Source: Podarcis filfolensis
Lineage: Eukaryota
DNA: 64,000 nt
Reading direction: 5' to 3' (one strand)
NCBI GenBank assembly: GCA_964270895.1
Contig: OZ185441.1
Shown here: positions 20,895 through 32,343 of the stretch, in pieces
Layout of the letters: each line of letters starts with the position of its first letter
How positions within the stretch are numbered: the first letter of the stretch is position 1
Notes under the pieces: model-generated
Seen by the model: only the letters and a program-made list of their open reading frames with translations
Told to the model about the DNA's origin: nothing
Databases searched by the model: none
Translations under genes and position numbers: made by a program

Positions 20895-23023
20895 AAAGGT
20901 GGAGAGCCTTCGCTCCGCATCACATCTCAGCAATGACTGCCCAAGATGCAATCGGCACTGGCGGTCAGTTTTGTTTCCAACTCTCTTCCGCTCTCCCTAC
21001 CTTAACAGCGTTTACTACATGAAGTGCTCAAAAAAGAGAAATAAAAAATGAGGTCTTGTCAACATTACAGTACTGTGAAAACATCTATAGTCCTACCTTC
21101 ACCAGGGAAGGTTAAAGTAAACCAAAGGAAAAGGAGGGTTCCTCCGAGATGGCTCAAAGATGAGGAGTTCCTTAGCATCCAATTCTGCCCAACCTATTCT
21201 CTCAGCCAAGGACCACTCATCAATAGCTGGGGGGGGGGCTGGGAAAGCGGGGGGCGTTGCGGCACAAAATGGCACCAAACTTTGGCACTGGTTTGGAGTC
21301 AATGGGACAAGGATGGATTTTTGACATTAACTTGTGACTCCGATTTCTTTTGTCAATTACTCGGTTTGGGGAGTCGCACAAAACGCGGGGTTCGCAGCAC
21401 AAAACTTTGGCATTAGTTGCAGGGAGCGATCCTGAAATTCGGAATCACAGATTAATAAGCCTTATCTGGAGGCTGATGGGAGAAGCGGGAATCGCGTCAG
21501 CGATGGTAAAGAACGATCAACTAGCTGTAAATTACAGTACCGTGTGCCGCATTCCGTTTATGTGACATGTCAGGAGATAGGTTACTTGTGCGACTGTCAC
21601 TTGCTCGTTCGTACTTTCCGCATAGTATCCTTCTGGCTTCACCGTTTACACCCCCTCCCCGCAACAGCATATGGAAGCATATTATACTTTCAACACAGGA
21701 AAACATTTCATGCATCTGAATGGTCCACGATATCTTATGCCGGAATAAATCTGATAGCCTTCAAAGTGCCTCAAGATTATGCATATCCGCCCCCCCCCCC
21801 ATAAAATAAACTAATACGGTAATCTTACTGGGAAATGCAAGAAACCGTGCAACATGATCGCATCTAGTTTCGCCCAGCACACTTCCCGGCGGATCCTCTG
21901 CGAACATATTCCTGGGAATAAACCAATTAAACACGGTGGGGCTCCTTATTGAGCAGTTTTGTATAAGATTGTGCCGCATGAGGCGTTTTCTGGGCAAACA
22001 TTGTTTCGTAAGAGTAGAACCTCCCAAAGGGGAGGCGAAGGACAAAGGCATTGCCTGGGAATAAAGACGGCGGCCAAAATAAATAAAAATAATAATACAT
22101 ATTTGGAACAGAGGAAGAGATAACTACTTGACTGTAAGTCCCAACCGCGTTCTGTCCCCTTAATTCCCCGTACCCGCCTCCAACGTGCCTGATCTACTTT
22201 TAATGTTGCAAAAGGGGGTTTATTGAATAGGAGGAGCTGCCGAGAGATTCTCCAAAGGAAGGTGGCCGTGGAAGCGCTTCTTGTTTTCTCCCTTTTCTCC
22301 CTACGAACATTTGAGTTTGAGAAAACGCACAGATACCTACCAGTAGCTGCTAGTGTAGCCAGATGGAAGAAAGGAGGCGGAGCTGTAGAAGACGGGATTT
22401 TATTAGAGATAGTTTGCCACGTGACCTACTACACCTGCTGAAATTAACGCAACTGTTAATTGTGTTCCTCCCCATTTTCCTTAGCCTTCCTCCCGGTAGC
22501 ACAAGCACTCACGTGTGAATCAGGTTGAGGTAATAGGAACATTGCCCCCCCCCAATTTACATCCCTCCCTTTCAGAATTATGTAACTGGAGGGTAGGCTG
22601 GAATCATAGATCAGTTTGCCCAGAATAAAATATTGGGGGCTTTTTTCTTAAAGAGAAAGAACACGCGCGCATTTTTAAGCGTTTTACGAACTGTCAAGAG
22701 AATTCCCCGACTTTTAAGGTGCTTTGCGACCATTTACAGCCTACGTTTTCCCTATTGTTCCTTAAAGGGTCCAGGAAGTCTTTGTCCATTTCATCTTGGC
22801 TCATCTCTGGTTTCAACCGAAAATGACAGAGCGACAGGAAGCCCTATCAATTTAATAAAAAACACCAACGGCCTCCAAATTTCGCAGCCCTCTGGTGAAA
22901 CTTGCGAAGGTAAGGGAACCTTTGATAATGTAACTGATGTTGGTTATAACTTGAATGAAAATAAGGGACAAGGGAGATAAAGCGAAAAGGTTTTCTTTTG
23001 CATTGTAATTTTCACCCCCCCCC

Positions 23024-23145
23024 CAGGGGTGTCAACTTTAATAAAACATTGGGGCGGGGTGCAGATAAGCCGCACCACACATAACTGATCACAAGATGTG
23101 GCGCACGTGCATCATTTTAATGGCAATGCCCATCAGCTTTGGGTG
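23024..23145 (+). mobile_element. hAT MITE 5' fragment
   Basis: Starts CAGGGGTGTCAAC (hAT TIR-like) and includes AATGGCAATGCCCATCA. No matching right TIR found. Confidence 0.4.
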
Positions 23146-24499
23146 TGTTCACAGTCATGGAAAAATTAGGAGAAATCACGTTAGGGAGCGTTGCCCGTTA
23201 AGAACAGAAACTCTTCTACACATACAAATGTGTTAGGGCGGCAGCTGTGAGCAATGGCGTGTGAAAGTCTCAAAATGCGGCTCAGAAACTTTGGACTAGG
23301 GAGGCCAGCCACTTTTTCACAATGAGACAAAGACGCAGGAAGGTTGGCATCAAAAAATCAACCCCCCCCGCATTGCCATCAATCAAACAAAGATGTGATA
23401 CAAGAGCATTTAAAGACTAAGGAGTTGTATTTAGGTCATATTAAGAGTAGAAATAAATGTGGACTAAAATCCATTGAATCCAGTAGGTTTACTCTGAGTA
23501 TGATGTCAGCTACAGCCCGGCCTACGTTACTTTCACAAGGGCACACCAACAGCGGGGAAGAGTTTCCAAAGAGCTATTAGTGGCACGCCCGAAATGTTTG
23601 TTATAAACTTTGGGTGTTTTGAAAGCCAATGTCAATTTCTTACCCCCATTTTCCCACTGCCCTTTAGAGCAGCACCCCATGAGATGCACTGAGATTTTTT
23701 AAATGTTGTTTTTCTGTTGAAACCCGTCCTTTTAAGAACTGTTTAGATCCCCTATTCAACTTCTTTTCATAGTACTCCCAAATCATGCAGTCAAAAAACT
23801 TTGATCAGGCTGCTCTGCTTTTGGAAATGAAGTTGTTTGAATAATTTTTTTTTAATGTATCCTGGAGATCTCTGTGGAGAAGAGATTTCTGTACACTACC
23901 AAGTCGCTGAAATATTTATTACTATCCATGGTATACTATGCACCGCCCGTTTCCAAGTACGCTTACTTGGAGGGAGCCAATTACATGCATTTTAATAGCT
24001 AGAATGAATTTAATTTTAAAAAACCGCACACATGCACAATGCTTGCTATCAACAATGAATTATTCTCTTGCCGGTAGGCTATATTTTAGCGACACGTTCA
24101 CCTGTGATAACATTATTACAAACGGGGGGGGGGGAGAGAAACTGAAGGAAAGGCAGGGCCCCAATGAATGTCCATGGGACATCCCACTAGCGCTGCCAGG
24201 ACTCCTCCAGAATCGTCAACTTAGATTAATTTCTGCAGGAGCAGCTCGCGCACCAAGCTGTCTCCACGGAAGCCTCCCTCTTATTCTACGCAATTCTCAA
24301 AAGTGCGGGTGCCTGGTCCTCTTTTGCAGCTGGCCGCCCTGCTCCAAGTATTGCACTTCGCACCTTCGACGTGCAATATAATACTGTAAATACAACTTTT
24401 TTTTCAAAATGGGGAGGAGGAAGCGAAGAGCACAGCTCCTCCGTTCAGGGAATCTTCTATGTAAGATCTTTTAAGGAAGGCTTGGTCTCCGGGAGAAAA

Positions 24500-25350
24500 C
24501 AAACGGGAGAGAAGAAAGAAAGAAAGAAATCCAGCATCCGCGGAGGCGGAGCATCGCTTCCAACTCACCGCAACGATTTATACGACCCTGAAAGGGCAGC
24601 AACCCTTTAAACGTGCTTTAAAGTCTGCACTGCGGTCAAGGAATGGGCAAGGGCTACCAGAGTCCTATAGCCAATCTGACTTTGGTTTCAAAGAGATCAA
24701 CGGAAGGGGTGTAAGCGTCGGCTGCGTGTGCCCGGCTGTGTATGCCTGCTAGTAGCTTGCAATTCGGCAGAGAAAAGAGACTGGCGCTTTGGGTTTCGCT
24801 CTGGAAAAAGGACCCCCGTGCAGGATGCAGCCAGGACTCCAGCGGCTCGGAGAAACGAACGGGCGCAAGCGAAGGCGCACAGCTTGCCTGAGCTCCCAGA
24901 TTCCCTGCTGAACTTCCGGAGCTGCGAAAATTCTGGTCTCCTAGTTTTTTCTTCGCCACGACGCCTGTTCGGTTTCTTCATGCAGCCCCCTCCAAAGCTA
25001 TCTCTCCAGCAGATCTCAACAAAGTTATCGAGGGAGAGTGAGAGTGAAAGGGACAGAAAGAAGGGGGAACAAAGGAAAAGGGACTTGCTGCCCAAAGCAA
25101 GGTGGAACAGAGTGCAAAGATAGTCCAGAAGTGGCTGTTGGCCGTGAGCTGGCAGCAGGCTGCAACCCAAGTTCGCCCAAGGATGCGCTGGGGGCAGATT
25201 CTTCCCCCCCCCCCCACACGTGCTTTACTCATCATGCCAGAATCAGTATCGGATCCCTCGGGTCTTCGGGTAAGTGCGAAATGTTTAATAGGACAAGAAC
25301 TGTGGTCAAGGCGGTACCTGGTGCTGCTGCGACGCTCTTGGGGTGCCTGA
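24500..25350. promoter_or_regulatory. Orphan CpG island with CCAAT box (AGCCAATC 24669-24676) and GC-box-like GGAGGCGGAG (24542-24551)
   Basis: CpG-dense segment between PRDM14 and the NCOA2 3' end, with a plus-strand CGG|GTAAGT donor at 25270. Confidence 0.65.
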
Positions 25351-27359
25351 GCAGCGATAGTTGTTTCTTATACAGTCAGGAGACGGTTGACTTAACTTTG
25401 TCTGAAATATTGCCTTGCGTGCAAATATATTCCACTGACACTAGAGGGAGCTATTTGCAGCTGCATGTCTTTAGGATGAACATGGCCTCCTCCGTTAGTT
25501 CTTGATAATTGGCAATGTTTTCCCCGACAACAAAGCCTGGGAGGAAGGTGCGCCGTTCTTTACTTTGATTTCCTTAGGCACTATACATTTAAAGCAGCAA
25601 CACAGCACTTTAAACTAGCATGGCTTTCCCCAAAGAATCCTGGGAACTGTAATTTAATGGGGCTGAATTTTAAGGGGGATTCCTATTCATCTCAGAGCCA
25701 CAATTACCAGTGTTTCATGGGAAGTGGTTTACAAAGGAGTAAGCCCCACTGGACAAAGTGGGAAGGCGATATATATATATACATATATATATGTGCATGG
25801 ATAAAAGTGCATTGCATATGCAGAACTAAGATCAGCTCCTGGTGGAGACCACAAAGGGGATCTTCCCATTATTCACATCCTTCACCAATGGAGAAAAAAA
25901 AAACCCTGCCCAAGCTGTATCCCAAGAAACAGCAGTTCCCCTTTCAAGCACAGTCTGTTTAGCACCCAGAAGGTTGACTTTGCAGGCCAAACCATCCTTT
26001 CAGTATATGAGACCACTGAGCTCCAAAGGTTGTGCAAGGTTTCAATTCTGACCATGCTGAGTAGTTCCTATTGATGGACAACCACTTTAATCACTCTGTC
26101 AGAAAGTAAGAATGTCAAGTAAAAAACTGAATCTAGATGCTAGATAACCTGCACCCAAGTCTTTTTTCCAGTTGGCAATAAAACATTAGTGTGAGCTTAT
26201 TTGGTGTTATTTGTGCTTTCAGACACACCTGCCACAGAATGCCATCTAGATAGTGATAGATGTGAATGCCATTCCTGTGGCTTACTTTCCATTCCCACTG
26301 ACGGAGAAAGCGAAAGGCTGAAAGTGCTCAGTGAAGCTGCTCTCTGACACCACCTTTGTCTTTGTGGTTTTGTTCTGCAGGGGTTTCCCTTCTCCTTGCC
26401 CCTGATTTTGCTTTGTGTGGTTAGTCCCACCTCTTGGGGTTAAGTAGCAGTTTTCCTCAGAATTTTTAAAACTGATCTGTTGTCAGGTAGGGAGCTTCAT
26501 TCCTTTCCAGTGGGGTTTGATGATGTAGCCTTGGCTTTCTGGTGCAGGTGGTACTTAGAATAGTTGCCAGACTAGTAATACTTGGACTTGCCATTTTGGT
26601 TCTTCCCCTATTTGGCTTGAAACCTCGGATAAGTACAAAGCTGAAAGTGGGTCAACAAAATGTGCATTGCCAAAGAATGAGGCTATAGATATATTATAGC
26701 CTCAAGTGCAGAGTGATCAGTGTCTGATAAATTTCCTTTCAGAGCAATCAGAGCTGGGAACAGTTTGGAATGAATTCTGAAAACAGGAGCAATGCCCTGT
26801 TAGATATCAATGTGTTTACTCTACTTACTTCAAGATATGGAAAACTAGCCCTTTTGAATTTGGAGGCCCTCCTGCAATTTTTGCTGAAGGGGGCGCTCAG
26901 GCTGCCTGCCCCAATGACACCAGTGACCACTTAAGAGGAGGCCTCAAAAGGATATTAGAAATAACTTCCAGTAGCCCCAAAATGTAGTTGACCGAGCGGT
27001 AAAAGCACCTGCTGAAGAAAAACCAACTTGCTACTGAGGTACAGAACAAGTGGGAGAATCAGTCAAAGGTGGTGGTGGTCTCTCCTGATATGCTCCACTG
27101 TTCAGAATGATAGGCAGCATGTAACTCAGGTCTATGTAGCAGCATAGCAGATAACCCAGAAAATTCAGTATACTCTTCAGTGAGCATATAGCTAATGAAA
27201 CCCAGAATAAAATTATTTTCAATCTGCCAAAAATCGAAATGTCAACCCTTGCACTTAAATCTGTCAGTCAATTTCATTGGGTGACACAAAGAAATGTAGT
27301 AAGGTGTGGTGGGGCTGAAAAGTTGGGGAGGTCTTTATTTAGGAAAGGATCCTGTGCGC

Positions 27360-27690
27360 AGTAGCACAGCACCTGGCTTTGTATGCAGGAGTTTCCAGGT
27401 TCAGTTCTTGGCATCTCCAGTTATCTAGTTGGCAGCTAGATAGCTCTGTTGGTCAGAGTATGGTGTTGGTTATGCCAAGGTTGCAGCCACGATCCCCATA
27501 AGGGACAGCTGCATATTCCTGCATTGCAGGGGGTTGGACTAGAGGAGCCTAAGGGTCCCTTCCAACTTTTATGATTCTATGATTCTGGGAACCCTTCTCT
27601 TCTAGAAATCTGGAGAGCTACAGTCAGTGTAGACAATGCTGAGCTAAACGAAGCAGAGGTCTGACTTGGTATAAGGCAACTTCCTGTGTC
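27360..27690 (+). mobile_element. tRNA-derived squamate SINE (Squam3-like), split by the 27455-27586 insertion
   Basis: 5' part CCAGGTTCAGTTCTTGGCATCTCCAG and 3' part CAGTCAGTGTAGACAATGCTGAGCTA...GGTCTGACTTGGTATAAGGCAACTTCC; same family as 1735-1890. Confidence 0.6.
27455..27586 (+). mobile_element. SINE with CR1-derived tail, inserted in an older SINE
   Basis: GGGACAGCTGCATATTCCTGCATTGCAGGGGGTTGGACTAGA...CCCTTCCAAC...ATTCTATGATTCT. Confidence 0.75.
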
Positions 27691-28641
27691 TCAAAGAAAA
27701 AGCAAATGAGAATAGAGTCTACTCTGCAACAAAGTTGAAGCAGCGCTATTTGGCTGCAATACCTCCCCAGAAATGTGTATCTGTGTTTGTATGCCACACA
27801 GAAGGGTTATTTCCCACCACTTACAATCCTTTCCGTGTCATAGTTTTCCTCAGCAAAAGATATAGTGCCGTTAGGGCCCCTGATATGGACTTGTGTGTAG
27901 GCGTTCTTACGGTGCTATAATGCTATAATTACAGCTCCATCAAAGTTGTTGGGGTTTTCCAAGTGTTTCTTGCAACCAGTTTACATTATACAGGCTCTTT
28001 AAGATGGCTCAGATAGCAACCGAGAAACTAATGTTGAAATAGTAATAGAAAAAGGGCTTGCATAGTAGGTCAAGTTCTTCCATTGCCTCTTTTTTTAAGC
28101 CCTGCATTTTCTGAAAGTTGTGTCTCTCTTCCACCACCCACCCACCCTACTCCAATGCAGCACTCAAAGCCAGTGCGATCCTCTTTGCTGTGGTTGTCTT
28201 CAAAGGAATAGTGGGGGGAATGCATGGGCTCACCCCCTCACTGCTTTTAATAGCCCAGAAGTGATAGGCAAGTACACGTGTACACGTGTACACACACACA
28301 CAAACACACACAATTCCCCTCAGTTTTTGCTGCTCATCCTGTACTGCATGAGACCACAGGTGAGGGGGAACACTGGTTAGTAGATCATTTATCAGATTTT
28401 GCCCACAGGTTTCCAAGGTATACACATTTAGTATGGCAGGCTGTGCTAACTGCACTTGAACCCAGGTGTTAAAGAGTCCATTACTGGAATGACTTAAGCG
28501 TGCCAGCTCTAGAGACAGTACATTGAGAGGACCAATGAAGAAGCCTGCTGTCTTAATTCAACTCAGCGCCATCTACCAACTGGGATGCTGTGACTCTCCT
28601 GGCACAACTTTTTGCACGCACAAATGGCACAACAGAAGAAA

Positions 28642-28898
28642 NNNNNNNNNNNNNNNNNNNNNNNNNNNNNNNNNNNNNNNNNNNNNNNNNNNNNNNNNNN
28701 NNNNNNNNNNNNNNNNNNNNNNNNNNNNNNNNNNNNNNNNNNNNNNNNNNNNNNNNNNNNNNNNNNNNNNNNNNNNNNNNNNNNNNNNNNNNNNNNNNNN
28801 NNNNNNNNNNNNNNNNNNNNNNNNNNNNNNNNNNNNNNNNNNNNNNNNNNNNNNNNNNNNNNNNNNNNNNNNNNNNNNNNNNNNNNNNNNNNNNNNNN
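28642..28898. other. Assembly gap (257 N)
   Basis: Run of N. Confidence 1.
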
Positions 28899-29136
28899 TA
28901 AATCACAACCTGAAAACACTGTAAGCTTTCTCCTGAAGAACCATAGTTTATATATTGCTTAGTTTTACCCTCGTATAATCTTTTCATATACACACACTCA
29001 TACACATCTCAGATGCAACTTCATGAGGAACTGTACAAATAAAACCCACAAATGACAAAAGGAAAAAAATAAGAATCAATGCTTGAAGAAATGTGTCCAT
29101 CATCTCTATTCAACGACTGAAAGCTAAGTGATGATG

Positions 29137-29284
29137 NNNNNNNNNNNNNNNNNNNNNNNNNNNNNNNNNNNNNNNNNNNNNNNNNNNNNNNNNNNNNNNN
29201 NNNNNNNNNNNNNNNNNNNNNNNNNNNNNNNNNNNNNNNNNNNNNNNNNNNNNNNNNNNNNNNNNNNNNNNNNNNNNNNNNNNN
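29137..29284. other. Assembly gap (148 N)
   Basis: Run of N. Confidence 1.
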
Positions 29285-32200
29285 AGAAACTAAAAAGATT
29301 TTGTTTTAGTCTACAAAGAAACACCAGGGAGAAAATTCTAATTAAAAACCAAAGCCACTACAGTAATTTTCTTTTGTGCAGAGAATGCTTTTGCTCTTAG
29401 GTAGCAATACTACCATACAAATACTAGAAAACTTTAAATTCACACCAACAATTAATGGCTTAAGTTGCATTTCAAAACTGATTGTGTATCTTTGGGTTTT
29501 GCAAGTAGAGCTGAACCACCTTTTTCATGTGTTAAGCCCATATGAACTCCTTTTTGTAAAAAAAGAAAGAAAGAAAACCCACATAGATTAAAAATGCTTT
29601 ATATAAATGGCAAAAACATTGCTTTCAGTTAATATAGACTAATGGACTGGTGGGGCCCCCATTTTTAAAAAATCTTTGATTAACTGTTAGATGTTGAAAA
29701 ATATCAACTTCACTGATATCACTTTACCTGAATTTGGTTGAATGGAGCTTTCATATAATTGTATAATTGTAGAGTTGGGGGACCATCAAGGGACATCTAG
29801 TCCAACCCGCTATGCCATGTGGTTATATATGTGTAATTTTTTTAAAAAATTAAGACATTTTAAGTCCTTCACACTTATTATAAGAGAACACTGATTATAT
29901 TCCAGCATAAAATCCAATTGCTATCTCTATCAATTTTACTGTGTATGGAATTAGAAACACTGATTATAAAAAAGAAATTGATTTGGCATGGTTACCTTTT
30001 TCTCTAGCATGATTAACATAACCAGAAAATGCCTACTCATTGTTTTCAATTCATTGACCCCAATAAAATTTCTGATGGATATAACCACTTATTTTAAAAT
30101 TCAACTAAATATGGGCAAACGAAGAAATATTCTGAACTGGCCCAAGTTAAAAATTACTTATTTGCCTACTTTTTAAACTTAAAAATGTTTTGAGAGATAA
30201 TATTTCAAAGGTAAAATATTTAATCCAAGACCTAGAGGTTAAAAATGATAAAATTTTAATCCAGACATAATTTTACTATTAATATTAAAAAACTTTTCTT
30301 AATGTTATGGAGCTCAGGGCTGACATATCATAGATTTCCACCAGATGGCTCAGTTGTCTGAATAGCTACTTTTGAGTTTAACCGACAAAGTGGTGGGTGA
30401 CTGCTCAGAAGTGCAGTTTCTCCCAGTGTAACAGGAGAGCCACTCAACAGGAAACAAATGGTTTGAAATGAATTCTATATATTCCTTAACTTATTTTTTT
30501 TTCTTAGCACTCTATGAAAGTCAGATTCTTTGTATATTTTAACCCTCATCACAAGCAAACAAGATTTCAAGGTTAACAAACCTTCTCCCATATACATGAA
30601 TGATGATTGAGATAATATAAAATGCATTGCATTTTAAGTAACATCCAAAATTTTGAGTCCAGGTATGAAAGTGTGTGGATTGTGGGGAAGAGAGAAACAG
30701 GAGGTCGAAAACAACCAGCTTCCTGGTATTTTAAGTCCACAGAAACTGATGCCAGCTTATACTAAAACATTACTGGAACCATAGCAGGTAAAAGTAAAAC
30801 CACCTTAATCAGTGGCCTGCTGAACAACAGTTTTTCTAAGATTCATTAAGAAAGAATATAAACATACAAAAAAGTCAAGAATTGGCTCCTACAGTGGCTG
30901 CATATAATATAAGGTTAGATAAATGACTTTATGAGCAGAATCGCAAGGTTTAGAAAATGAAGTTTCAAGCCTACAAATTAGGTCTAATCAAGGCATTGTG
31001 ATCCTTTACAAAACACTTTTTTCCCCAGGAGACACACATAGCTATGAAGATATCTAATTTAATACTGAAGTACCTCATTTGGAAATCAACTCCACAACAT
31101 GTATACCTCACAAAATTATACAATTAAAACACTAAAGTCTTCAACTTAAATTATTGCTTGTTTACATAGAAACTGGTTTTTATGTACCTTACAAAATGTC
31201 CTCAGTCCCCGCTGCTTCAAAATAATTAGAACACATGATGGTTAACTCTGTAGTGATATCTGCCATAGCTTAAGTCATTATTTTCCCCAGTTGTGGAGCT
31301 GGGGGGAAAATTAAGTTTTATCATTTACATCAGATGCCTTTAAGTTCTGATTTTTTTATGCCTCAATCCTGCCACTTCCATCACCAAAAGATGCACCCTT
31401 ATTTAAAATGATTATTCAGCAACTAGTTACCTGCAACCTAGAACTCAGGTAACAAACCTAGGGATACAATGAGGGTTATTCATTTCTCCATCCTGTAAGA
31501 AAAGAAACAGAGAAAGGGCAACTGAAGGCAGGAGAAAAGGGATGCTAACTTTAGTTAATTTTTTAGGATGCTGAAATCAATTGAATGGGAACTTAAATTG
31601 GTTTGACTCATGATTTCATTCAAAGTAACCAAAAGAACTTTAAAAAGAGCCCTCTCACAGGATATTTTAACCTGTTTACAAATGTAAACCTTTTCAAAAC
31701 GGACTGGTTTTGTTTTCTAGCATGGGATGTCTAGTCAACTAGATACCTTTCTCCCAAAATAGTTAGTTAGATGTCTGTTCTCCACATTTTGTCATTTAGC
31801 ACTATGAGAGTCGTAATCCAGCTAACGCCCCACCTCCTAAAGTGGAGGTTTTAATATTAACCCACTTATTTCCAGATGGAACTGAATCCTTTGCACCAGA
31901 CTGTGTAGCGAAGGAAAACAGAAAGAGATAAAGATCTAAATCTACAAACAGAACAGAATGAGAGCATGGTTGGTTTTCCTTAAATACATACATTTAAATA
32001 CATTCAATCTGACACGGTTTATGAAAACTGGCTATCAACATTTACTTTGCAGGAGAGATCTAAGTTGCACTAAGGTGAATGCAGTGAACAGACTGAGCAA
32101 CTGTCTGTACGCTAGCTTCAGACTGTCAAAGAAGAGGCTGCTCCTCCACCAACAATGGTTTTGATTCCACTCAAGTGGCGTTGTTCCGTTTGCAGCACTA

Positions 32201-32331
32201 AACTCTACTTTCTCCAGCAGAACCGACTGGCAGAACAGTTGGGGCAAAACCAAACATATGCAGCTCTTCAAACTGGTAAGAAGTCTGGGCTGGGGAACCC
32301 AGTCAGTTGAAGAAATTAGCAATCTTCAGGG
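29285..32331 (-). other. NCOA2: NCOA2 3'UTR (at least to the N gap; true end not determined)
   Basis: Follows the stop codon; repeat-free and AU-rich. The block at about 32040-32130 (GACAGTCTGAAGCT...CACTGCATTCACCTTAGTGCAACTTAGATCTCTCCTGC on the minus strand) resembles the mammalian NCOA2 3'UTR as I recall it. Confidence 0.75.
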
Positions 32332-32343
32332 TCAGCAATATTT
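32332..32343 (-). CDS. NCOA2: NCOA2 terminal coding segment (KYC*)
   Basis: Acceptor CCTTTTTGGTCTTCTAG, then AAA TAT TGC TGA, the same C-terminus as mammalian NCOA2. Confidence 0.95.
   Translation of the reverse strand, partial: KYC

Noticed and set aside
21538-21823. TACCGT...ACGGTA ends suggesting a mariner MITE
   Set aside because: Complementarity does not extend beyond about 6 bp.
28523-29400. ORFs containing long X runs
   Set aside because: Artefacts of translating the two N gaps.
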